A stretch of DNA of 64,000 nucleotides, taken from assembly GCA_035400945.1 (NCBI GenBank), contig DAONAJ010000014.1, positions 4,740 to 68,739 on the forward strand. Direction: 5' to 3'. How positions within the stretch are numbered: the stretch's first letter is position 1; the number at the start of each line of letters is the position of its first letter. The notes beneath the pieces are model-generated. The model saw nothing but the letters and a program-made list of their open reading frames with translations. It searched no databases and was not told the origin of the DNA. A program made the position numbers and the translations under genes. Below, piece after piece: positions 8,205 through 16,049 of the stretch. Source of the DNA: Spirochaetota bacterium (GTDB lineage Bacteria; Spirochaetota; UBA4802; UBA5550).

Positions 8205-10208
8205 ATGAACAACGATGAGAATAAAGAACCGCTTTTCAAACGATTAAAACTGCTGCTTATCGGCAAGTCGCGCAGCGTCTCTGACCCTTCCATTTTCCAC
8301 AAGCTCTCCCTGATCGCTTTTTTCGCATGGGTAGGATTAGGCGCCGACGGGCTTTCGTCTTCCTGCTACGGCCCTGAAGAAGCCTTTCTGGCCCTGGGGA
8401 AACACCATTACCTGGGCATTTTCGTCGCCCTCGGTACGGTAATCACCATATTCGTCATCAGCGCCAGCTATCATCAGATTATTAAGCTTTTCCCGACCGG
8501 CGGAGGCGGCTACCTGGTGGCCAGCAAGCTCCTGTCGCCGTCAACAGGCATGGTTTCGGGGAGCGCCCTTCTCATCGACTATCTCCTGACCATAACCCTT
8601 TCTGTCGCCAGCGGCGCCGATGCCCTTTTCAGCTTCCTGCCCGCTACCTGGATACACTATAAGCTGCCCGTTGCCGTCTTTGGCGTCATCCTGCTGATCT
8701 GGCTCAACCTCCGCGGGGTCAAGGAGTCGGTTGTTCCCCTGGTCCCCATTTTCCTAATATTTCTAATAACCCATGGCTTTGCCATCATCTATGCCTTTAT
8801 CACCCACGCCGGCAATATGCCGGATATTGTCAGCTCCACCGTGACAGAGGTCCGAAGCACCAGCGCGGAAATGGGAACCCTCGGAATGATATTCCTCATC
8901 CTCAGGGCCTACAGCATGGGGGCCGGAACCTTCACCGGTATCGAGGCAGTATCCAATGGTATACCGATCCTGCGCGAACCGAAGGTGAAGACCGCCACCC
9001 ACACCATGAATTACATGGCGGCTTCCCTTGCCATCACGGTTGCCGGCCTCATGATCGCGTACCTGCTCTTTCATGTCGAACACGTTCCGGGAAAAACCCT
9101 CAACGCGATCCTCTTCGCGAATCTTTCCAGAGACTGGGCCCCGGGTCTCGCCCAGGCCTTCATCCTGGTCACGCTGCTTTCCGAGGCGGTCCTTCTTTTT
9201 GTGGCCGCACAGACCGGCTTCCTTGACGGGCCCCGGGTGCTCTCGAACATGGCCCTTGACCGCTGGGCTCCCACCCGGTTTGCTTCCCTTAACGACCGGC
9301 TGGTGACACAGAACGGCATACTCATCATGGGCATCGCGTCGATAGCGCTCATGGTTTATTCAGGGGGCTCGGTCAAGCTCCTGGTCATCTTCTACAGCAT
9401 CAACGTATTCATAACATTCTCACTCTCCCAGCTGGGCATGGTTCGGCACTGGTGGATTGCGAGAAAAAGCGAGGACCACTGGAAGAAAAAACTTTTCATC
9501 AACGGCGTCGGCCTCATTCTCACCTCGTTCATACTCGTCTCGGTGGTTGTCCTCAAGTTCAACGAAGGGGGATGGCTGACCGTTTTCATTACCGGATCCC
9601 TGGTGGCACTGTCCGTCGTAATTAAACGCCATTACAACCGGACCGGAAAGCTCCTCGGCAGGCTGAAGGGCCTTGTTGAAATCGCCGAGATGGACATGGC
9701 ACGGTATGAAAAGAAGCGGCGCCCGTGGAAGAGAACGCAGGAAGTGGATCCAAAGGCCAGGACCGCGGTCCTTTTCGTGAACGGCTTCAGCGGCACGGGT
9801 CTGCATACCCTCTTCACAATTTTAAGGATCTTCCCGAAAATCTACAAAAACTTTATCTTCATCCAGATCGGCCTTATCGATTCAGGCCTCTTCAAGGGCG
9901 CCGAAGAGATATCCCAGCACAAGGCCCACATCGAGCAGGAGGCGAACCGGTACGTCAGCTATATGCGCGCCCACGGGTTCAACGCGGAATGCCGCACCGC
10001 CATCGGGGTTGACGTGGTCGACGAGTCGGTGCGCATCGCGACGGAAATCGTTAAAGCCTATCCACGGTCCATTTTCTTCGCCGGGCAGTTGGTGTTCCCG
10101 GAGGACACTTTCTTCACCCGGTGGCTCCACAACTACTCCGCCTTTGCGATACAGCGGCAGTTCTACACCCGGGGCATTTCCATCCTCATCCTGCCGATCC
10201 GGCTGTGA
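8205..10208 (+). CDS. KimA/YdaO-like APC-superfamily transporter (probable K+ uptake) with a C-terminal cytoplasmic domain
   Basis: 667 aa with ~12 hydrophobic helices. The N-terminal LLIGKSRS...GADGLSSSCYGPEEAF resembles the KimA/APC signature. A ~200-aa soluble C-terminal domain follows. The gene is preceded by a c-di-AMP riboswitch, as B. subtilis kimA (ydaO) is. Confidence 0.65.
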   Translation: MNNDENKEPLFKRLKLLLIGKSRSVSDPSIFHKLSLIAFFAWVGLGADGLSSSCYGPEEAFLALGKHHYLGIFVALGTVITIFVISASYHQIIKLFPTGGGGYLVASKLLSPSTGMVSGSALLIDYLLTITLSVASGADALFSFLPATWIHYKLPVAVFGVILLIWLNLRGVKESVVPLVPIFLIFLITHGFAIIYAFITHAGNMPDIVSSTVTEVRSTSAEMGTLGMIFLILRAYSMGAGTFTGIEAVSNGIPILREPKVKTATHTMNYMAASLAITVAGLMIAYLLFHVEHVPGKTLNAILFANLSRDWAPGLAQAFILVTLLSEAVLLFVAAQTGFLDGPRVLSNMALDRWAPTRFASLNDRLVTQNGILIMGIASIALMVYSGGSVKLLVIFYSINVFITFSLSQLGMVRHWWIARKSEDHWKKKLFINGVGLILTSFILVSVVVLKFNEGGWLTVFITGSLVALSVVIKRHYNRTGKLLGRLKGLVEIAEMDMARYEKKRRPWKRTQEVDPKARTAVLFVNGFSGTGLHTLFTILRIFPKIYKNFIFIQIGLIDSGLFKGAEEISQHKAHIEQEANRYVSYMRAHGFNAECRTAIGVDVVDESVRIATEIVKAYPRSIFFAGQLVFPEDTFFTRWLHNYSAFAIQRQFYTRGISILILPIRL

Positions 10209-10234
10209 CGAAAACAGGAGTGGAGGAAGGATCA

Positions 10235-10912
10235 ATGTCCATGGAACAGCTCATCAGGGTCTTTGACAGAAAGCGCGACCCCTACATGGAGTGGCACGAC
10301 GGCCCGAGCCTCCAGGAGGTCGACTCGGCCATGGCTGGCCTTGCTCCGGAAGAGCGCGCCGAAGCGTCGCGCCTCGTAGCGGAGCGGATCAGGAACGGCT
10401 ACGATCCCTACCTCGGCAGGGCCGCGGAGATACTTGGAACGGATGAATGCCGGAATGCCCTGAACGAGGTCCTGGCATCAGGGCCGGGTTCGTATGGCGC
10501 GGGAAATATCGCCAGGAACATCCTGACCATGGGCAGAAGCGAAGATGCCGTCGCCGCCCTGCGGTCCATCGTGGGAAACCGGTCCCTCGGATGGCCGGAA
10601 CGTATCGACGCCCTGGTCAACCTGAAGATCGCCATCGATTCCTCCGGCGGATCAAGGCCGATTACCGATTTCATCACCCCTGAATTCGAAACAGTAATAT
10701 TCGAAGCCCTTTCAGATGATGACTACCTGGTTCGCTACCACGCAGCCGAAGCACTGCTCAAGGCTGCCGGGGATAAAACCGAACTATCAGACCACAAAGA
10801 ACTCTTCAGTTATATTTGCGGCAAACATGCCGTTGACGGAACACCTGACGATGCCGACCGTGAAGGATTCCGCCGGGCCGCGGAAATCTTGCGAAACATA
10901 CTGGAGAAATGA
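10235..10912 (+). CDS. HEAT-repeat-like hypothetical protein
   Basis: I prefer ATG 10235, which follows GGAGGAAGG, over the 10121 extension that overlaps kimA. The sequence is helical and repeat-like, e.g. DDDYLVRYHAAEALLKAAG. Confidence 0.5.
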   Translation: MSMEQLIRVFDRKRDPYMEWHDGPSLQEVDSAMAGLAPEERAEASRLVAERIRNGYDPYLGRAAEILGTDECRNALNEVLASGPGSYGAGNIARNILTMGRSEDAVAALRSIVGNRSLGWPERIDALVNLKIAIDSSGGSRPITDFITPEFETVIFEALSDDDYLVRYHAAEALLKAAGDKTELSDHKELFSYICGKHAVDGTPDDADREGFRRAAEILRNILEK

Positions 10913-11259
10913 TCATGGTATTCCAGGGCCCTGTCATAACTGAAACCCACCAGCAGGACCAGGAATTGGCCCGCATAGAGCTGGAGTTTCTTGGCGATGC
11001 TGTTAATGGGCGCTTTGCCACCCTCTTTTGCCTCTGGGGCGGGGTTCCGTACCTGACCGCGGACGGCTATCAGCCCTTTACGGGCCGGGTGATTGAGAGG
11101 CTTCAGGCCGATCATTTCGTTGCGGAATTATACGGACGTTTCCGGTGTCATCATTTCGATTGCACGACTTTGATCATAGAAGCAAGGGGGAGAACGGCGC
11201 GCATCTACGAGAATAAACAGGACCATGCGGTGACTCTGTTCCGGGAAGACCACCGATAA
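10909..11259 (+). CDS. Hypothetical protein (116 aa)
   Basis: ATGA start/stop overlap with the upstream gene suggests translational coupling. I recognise no motif. Confidence 0.4.
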   Translation: MIMVFQGPVITETHQQDQELARIELEFLGDAVNGRFATLFCLWGGVPYLTADGYQPFTGRVIERLQADHFVAELYGRFRCHHFDCTTLIIEARGRTARIYENKQDHAVTLFREDHR

Positions 11260-11296
11260 AGCGCGATACGATGAAAGAAACTACATTGCGCCACTT

Positions 11297-12277
11297 CTAC
11301 TTCTTCTTTGTGAAGTATTCATGGAAGAGCTCCCGGTTGATGTTCAGCAGGCGGTCACGGATCTGGGTCATGTTTTCGAAATTGTAGCTCTGCAGGCTGT
11401 AGTAATCCAGGAGCCAGAGGTATTTATTGATAAGGCGGGGCATGATGTTCGAGGCCTCCACCTGTCCCCTGTTCATCTTCTGATAGGTCAGCTCCAGGTT
11501 GTAAATGTCCTTCTGGATTCCTTCGACCTGGTGCGCGCTCAGGTTGCGCTTGACGTAAAAAATATCATGGATGTAGCCGTAGATGGGGATCCACTCGGCA
11601 ATATCCTTGAAATCGGCCCGCTCTTTTTTCACGATCTCCACCAGTTCCTGGATCGGCTTCGCCTTCAGCAGACTCAGGTCGATCTCGGCCGGGTCTATGA
11701 AAAAGGCCTCGCGAAAGGAAAGGAGGCTCTTCGACGTGTCGCCGGAATGGAAGTAGGCCTCGCCGAGGATCGCCATGAGGCGCGCGCTGCTCTTGTAGGA
11801 GCCCCGGGCGTACTCGAGGGTGTCGATCGCCAGCCTGTATTCCTCAAGCCGCAGGAAGCAGTCCCCCAGGTTGAGGAGAAACTGGAAATTGTTCGATGTG
11901 TCCTGCTGCTCCCGGAAGGCGAACTTGTAGTTGTCCGCCGCCTTGATAAAGATGTACCGCATGGCGTACTTGAAGGCTGACGAGGAGACCATGTTCTTTC
12001 CCTCCGCGTACTCGTTGAAGACCTCCCACTGCTTCATGAGGTACTCGGCGGTGTCCTTGCCCTCTTCGAGGGTCTTCATCTCCTTTTCACGGTTGTTCCA
12101 GAATTTAGCCACCCGGTACGACTCGATGAGGCCGGGATAGTCGGCATCGATGTCCATCAGCTCGTCTATTTTGGCGACCGCGGCCGCGAACTCGCCCTTT
12201 TCGAGGAGCTGGTACACCTCGTTGATGCCGTTCAGGATCGGATCATCGGAAAATGTCAGTTGCCCGTTCTTGTCCAT
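11297..12277 (-). CDS. TPR-like helical-repeat protein, third gene of the phosphoesterase/ATPase operon
   Basis: 326 aa. TPR-like segments include NLGDCFLRLEEYRLAIDTLEYA and AILGEAYFHSGDTSKSLLSFREAFFIDP. The start is 5 nt after the ATPase stop. Confidence 0.6.
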   Translation of the reverse strand: MDKNGQLTFSDDPILNGINEVYQLLEKGEFAAAVAKIDELMDIDADYPGLIESYRVAKFWNNREKEMKTLEEGKDTAEYLMKQWEVFNEYAEGKNMVSSSAFKYAMRYIFIKAADNYKFAFREQQDTSNNFQFLLNLGDCFLRLEEYRLAIDTLEYARGSYKSSARLMAILGEAYFHSGDTSKSLLSFREAFFIDPAEIDLSLLKAKPIQELVEIVKKERADFKDIAEWIPIYGYIHDIFYVKRNLSAHQVEGIQKDIYNLELTYQKMNRGQVEASNIMPRLINKYLWLLDYYSLQSYNFENMTQIRDRLLNINRELFHEYFTKKK

Positions 12278-12282
12278 CGCCT

Positions 12283-14430
12283 TTAAAGCTCTACGAAATT
12301 CCCCCAGTTCCGCTTGTCGCTCTGGTGCGTGAATATTATCACCTGCCGCTTGTTGGAAACATACGACACCAGGTCCCGGAACCGGTTACAGCGTTCATCA
12401 TCCATAAACTGGAACGGTTCGTCAATCAATAATGGGATCGTGGTGCTCCCGTTGATGATGAAATCGGAAAGGGTGAATTTCAGCGAGAGGAGCAGCGCGT
12501 GGACGACGGGGGGCGTCATCTCGTCGGACATCCTGTTTTCCGTTATCATCTGCAGAACCGCGGCGTCGTCGATCTTGGTGATGTACTGGTTCCCCGTGAG
12601 GTGGTTGAACTTCTCCAGGGTGCCGTCCAGGAGCTTCCGCAGCTGCTTTTCCTCGCTGCGCTCCACGGCGCGCGTCATCATGCGGGTGATGAAATACATC
12701 GAGTTCCTGTTGACCTTCCATTTTTTCAGTATCCGGTCGGCGCTGTTCCTCTCCTCGATGAGGGCGTTCATGGCCCCGCTGTTGCCTGACGCCTGGAGGA
12801 ACTCGTTGTCGATCTGCTGCAGGATGCGCTCCTTTGTCTCGATCTTTTCTTTTATGAGTCCCGCCTCGGTACCGATGTTCCGGATCAGCTCCTCGATCTT
12901 GCTCGTCTCGTTTTCTATGTCATCCACGATGTTCAGGGTGTCGATGCTGGTGTGGATTTCGTCCTTAATGATTTCCTCTTCCTTCTTCAATTCATCCAGC
13001 TTTTTCTGAATCCTCACCATGTATTCTTCCTCTTTCAGGGAGCTCTTGATCATGGCAAGGTCCTTCTTCCGCTCCGTGTAATTGACGTAGTCCTCGAAAT
13101 ACTGCAGGAGGAGCTCGTAGATTTCGGTAAGCTTGTAGTCCTCCAGCACCACCTTGCTCTTCTCCATCAGGGCCATGATTCGCTCTTTGAAGCGTTTCTT
13201 TTCCTCTTCCAGCTTCTGAAGATCCCTGTCGCGCCTGATCAGCATCAGCCCGACGCCGATGGCGGCATAGGCCATGCAGGCGAGGCCGATTATCCCGAGC
13301 AACAGGTACAGGTCCTTGAAAAAGTGGAACCCGTTTTTTATCAGCACGGTCGCAAGCGCGGCGAGAGCGCCGGCGGAAACCGCGATGGCCGCCCTCTTCA
13401 GCCTCCTGGCCTTCAGCTCCCTCCTGAAATAAAAATTATCGATCTTTTCGTTGAGGTTCCTGATGTCGTTGAACACCTCCTGGAGGCGGTCAAGGTTGGT
13501 GCTGTCGGTGATATCGATCTCGCTGAACTGCGGGAACATGGCATCCAGCTCGGTCTTCATGTCGGCCATTGACTTTATCTTCTGCTGCTCGCTCTGTATC
13601 TCGTCCTTGATGTCCTCGAACTCTTCTTTCAGCTGCTCGACCTTGTGAAGGTTCTCGATTATCTTGTTCAGGATTTCCTTCTGGCTGTTGAGGGAGTTTA
13701 GGGAGCTGTTCAATTCGTCCACTTCGCACTGTATCGTGTTTTTTTCCCTTCTGAGCTTATCGTGCCGTGAATCCCTGATGTCCATTATCTGGATCTTCTT
13801 TTCAAGGTCACGCTTTTTGTCTTCAAACCGCGCGACTTCAGGAGGCAGCCCGCCGTCATCCGCCATGCCCGTGTCAAAAATCCTTTGCATGTTCAGGTAC
13901 TGGTTGTAAAAGCCGGTGTTTTCATCGAGTATGATCCGCTTGAGCACCGGAAGATCCAGGAAGGAATCCCTGGCAATATCGGAGGACGCCGGGACAAAGG
14001 AAGAGTTGATAAAGGAGACGATATCGAACCGTCCCAGGAAGTCCCGGAGCATCCTGCCTTCGAAATCCTTGTAAAAATGATTCTGGACCCTGTTGTCCTG
14101 GCCTTCCGACTTTGACTCGGAATAGATGACCTTTTCCGCGTTGTTCTGGATATACTGTATCCGGTAATTCTTATCACTGGTGTTGCAGATGCGGTAATAT
14201 CCGCTGTCGGACAGGGAAAAGAACAGATCCAGATAGAGAGAGTTCCATACCTCGTCGCCCAGGAGCTTCCGCTCGGAAAACTTACCCCACAGGACATCCA
14301 CCATGCTCCGCGCCAGGAGGCTTTTCCCCGATCCGTTCTTGCCGTAAACAATGGTAAGCCGGTCGCTGAAATCAATGACACGGTTATCGAAGAGCCCGTG
14401 CCTGTAAACCATGCACTTTATATACTGCAC
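12283..14430 (-). CDS. Rad50/SbcC-like ABC-type ATPase with a central coiled coil interrupted by two transmembrane helices
   Basis: The N-terminal Walker A is GKNGSGKS. The C-terminal Walker B/D-loop is IPLLIDEPFQFMDD. Long heptad-like Glu/Lys/Leu-rich arms flank a hydrophobic hairpin at about residues 347-398 (AAIAVSAGALAALATVLI...LLLGIIGLACMAYAAIGVGLMLI). Confidence 0.8.
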   Translation of the reverse strand: MQYIKCMVYRHGLFDNRVIDFSDRLTIVYGKNGSGKSLLARSMVDVLWGKFSERKLLGDEVWNSLYLDLFFSLSDSGYYRICNTSDKNYRIQYIQNNAEKVIYSESKSEGQDNRVQNHFYKDFEGRMLRDFLGRFDIVSFINSSFVPASSDIARDSFLDLPVLKRIILDENTGFYNQYLNMQRIFDTGMADDGGLPPEVARFEDKKRDLEKKIQIMDIRDSRHDKLRREKNTIQCEVDELNSSLNSLNSQKEILNKIIENLHKVEQLKEEFEDIKDEIQSEQQKIKSMADMKTELDAMFPQFSEIDITDSTNLDRLQEVFNDIRNLNEKIDNFYFRRELKARRLKRAAIAVSAGALAALATVLIKNGFHFFKDLYLLLGIIGLACMAYAAIGVGLMLIRRDRDLQKLEEEKKRFKERIMALMEKSKVVLEDYKLTEIYELLLQYFEDYVNYTERKKDLAMIKSSLKEEEYMVRIQKKLDELKKEEEIIKDEIHTSIDTLNIVDDIENETSKIEELIRNIGTEAGLIKEKIETKERILQQIDNEFLQASGNSGAMNALIEERNSADRILKKWKVNRNSMYFITRMMTRAVERSEEKQLRKLLDGTLEKFNHLTGNQYITKIDDAAVLQMITENRMSDEMTPPVVHALLLSLKFTLSDFIINGSTTIPLLIDEPFQFMDDERCNRFRDLVSYVSNKRQVIIFTHQSDKRNWGNFVEL

Positions 14431-15545
14431 AGCCAGTCCTCCAGGTTTGTAAACCCGTCACGGGTGATTTTATTCAGGGATAGGGCGAAATCGGTCTTGT
14501 CAATATCGTGGGGCAGGCCGCCCTGGTCAATCTGTTCTTTTATGATTTTATAGAATTCCCCTCGCAGCGAATTCTCGTACTGGAATTCCTCTATGAGGGA
14601 ATCGATCGTCGGCACGCTCCGGTCGATGAAGTCCAGCCTGAAAAACTCGCTCCTGTAATTCTGGATTTCATACTGGCGCAGGACAAAGTCCCGCTCCCCC
14701 GTCAGGACTACCTGCTGGATGGCCTTCTTCGACCTGTTGTTCTCCAGCAGTTCCTTGATGGGGCCCATGGTCACCAGGCTGGAACAATCGACCTGGTCAC
14801 GGTACAGCTTCATGGAATTGACGGTGAGCCGCTTGATCTGGTACAGTCTGTTCTCCTTGATGACGATGGATATGATGTAACGGTCTCCCGTTTCATCAAA
14901 GGACGTGGCCTCGGGGCTCCCGGGGCAGACCCCGATGATGCGGTCCATGATCTTGAACATCTTGAAGCTGTGGCAATAGCCGAAGGCGTAAAAATCCAGG
15001 CCCAGGGTCTTGATGTCATTCTTCTGGAGACGGTACACCAGGTAATCGTTCTTCTCATTGTCAAAATCGAAGTCAGCGTGGAACAGCCCGATGTGAAAAC
15101 CCTCTTCGGATATTTTTTTTACTTTCGATAGATCGTATCCCAGGCTGCCCGACAGGCCGTAGACATAGACCTTCTGACCGTTCTTCATGTACAGGTAGGG
15201 AGTCGCGGTCATGGTGCTCGAAAAAAGGCAGGATGCGTTGAAATCAAGAACCGGGGGGGCAATGACGTTCCTGCTGGTAAGTTCCCCTTTTCCCGGCGTA
15301 TACACAATTTCAGTGCCGGCGTTCCGCAGTGCCCTGAATTCCGTCCTGATAATGTCGATTATGTCGCTGCCGACGGAAGCGTTGTCAATGAGGTCGCCCC
15401 CGATGAGGAAGAGATCATGTCCCCGGGCAATAGCGGCAATACGCTTGAAGGTATTTACCCTGGCGTAATCGGGGATATGGGTATCATTGGGCCTGATACC
15501 CAGATGAATATCCGACATGAACAAAATCTTGATTTCGCTATCCAT
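14418..15545 (-). CDS. Calcineurin-like metallophosphoesterase (Mre11/SbcD-like) with degenerate motifs III and V/VI
   Basis: Motif I is FMSDIHLG, motif II is LIGGDLID and motif IV is GLFHADFD. The GNH[D/E] motif is replaced by PGKGE and the GHxH motif by GYCH. The stop overlaps the ATPase start by 13 nt. Confidence 0.8.
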   Translation of the reverse strand: MDSEIKILFMSDIHLGIRPNDTHIPDYARVNTFKRIAAIARGHDLFLIGGDLIDNASVGSDIIDIIRTEFRALRNAGTEIVYTPGKGELTSRNVIAPPVLDFNASCLFSSTMTATPYLYMKNGQKVYVYGLSGSLGYDLSKVKKISEEGFHIGLFHADFDFDNEKNDYLVYRLQKNDIKTLGLDFYAFGYCHSFKMFKIMDRIIGVCPGSPEATSFDETGDRYIISIVIKENRLYQIKRLTVNSMKLYRDQVDCSSLVTMGPIKELLENNRSKKAIQQVVLTGERDFVLRQYEIQNYRSEFFRLDFIDRSVPTIDSLIEEFQYENSLRGEFYKIIKEQIDQGGLPHDIDKTDFALSLNKITRDGFTNLEDWLCSI

Positions 15546-15710
15546 AAAAGCGTCCCATCAAATCGCGGAAAAATAAGCATCAGATGTGCTATCTATATTG
15601 TCGTTTAAAACATTGTAATTCTAAAGTTTTTATGTACCTATAACCTATCCTTCCCTCACCAAATTAAAAAGAATCTCTGCCAGATAAAAACGTACAAGCC
15701 AATTAATAGA

Positions 15711-15877
15711 AGACCCTGTAGCCATCCTGGGGAAAAGGCGACAGGGATATCGCCGATTCCGCCGAGAAAAACCAGGTGCGCTGATGAGGATGACCGAGTG
15801 CAGAGCCGACACGGGATCTGCCGAAAAGGTTCTGCTTTACACGAGGCGGACGGGCAGGATGGCTATAGGGAGTCTTT
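15711..15877. ncRNA. Unclassified structured RNA candidate (~165 nt) closed by a 16-bp helix; strand unresolved
   Basis: CCCUGUAGCCAUCCUG (15714-15729) pairs with CAGGAUGGCUAUAGGG (15855-15870): 15 Watson-Crick pairs plus 1 G-U. An inner helix is UCCGCC (15758-15763) / GGCGGA (15845-15850). Internal hairpins are GGCGA-N8-UCGCC and GCAGA...UCUGC. The GC-rich element sits inside a 500-bp AT-rich intergenic region. Confidence 0.4.
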
Positions 15878-15888
15878 TCAAATGCAAA

Positions 15889-15916
15889 TGATTATTTCCC
15901 TTTTTTTAATTGACAA
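15889..15916 (-). promoter_or_regulatory. Putative sigma-70 promoter on the minus strand (TTGTCA-16-TAATCA) pointing into the structured element
   Basis: Read on the reverse complement. The predicted TSS is ~15882, a few nt before the closing helix. Confidence 0.3.
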
Positions 15917-16049
15917 ATACCAGTTCAACGTCAAAAAGACTCATCTGCACCCCCATCAGGTTCAATGTCTCCCATGACCCTGATATGACATAACTCGTCA
16001 TTCACCCCTGCCGGCGGATGACGGCAAAATAGATTATGAGAGATACAAC

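Noticed and set aside
10121-10234. Upstream extension of the HEAT-repeat ORF that overlaps the end of the kimA-like gene
   Set aside because: The extension has no RBS, overlaps the transporter gene by ~90 nt and translates to Pro/His-rich sequence. ATG 10235 has a GGAGGAAGG RBS.
15781-15826. Hammerhead-ribozyme-like core strings CUGAUGAG ... CGAAA inside the structured element
   Set aside because: The sequence between them does not form a stem II closing directly on the core. Only two G-C pairs form before mismatches, and the real hairpin is offset by ~12 nt. No stem I hairpin or A15.1-U16.1/cleavage-site arrangement can be drawn, so this is most likely coincidence.
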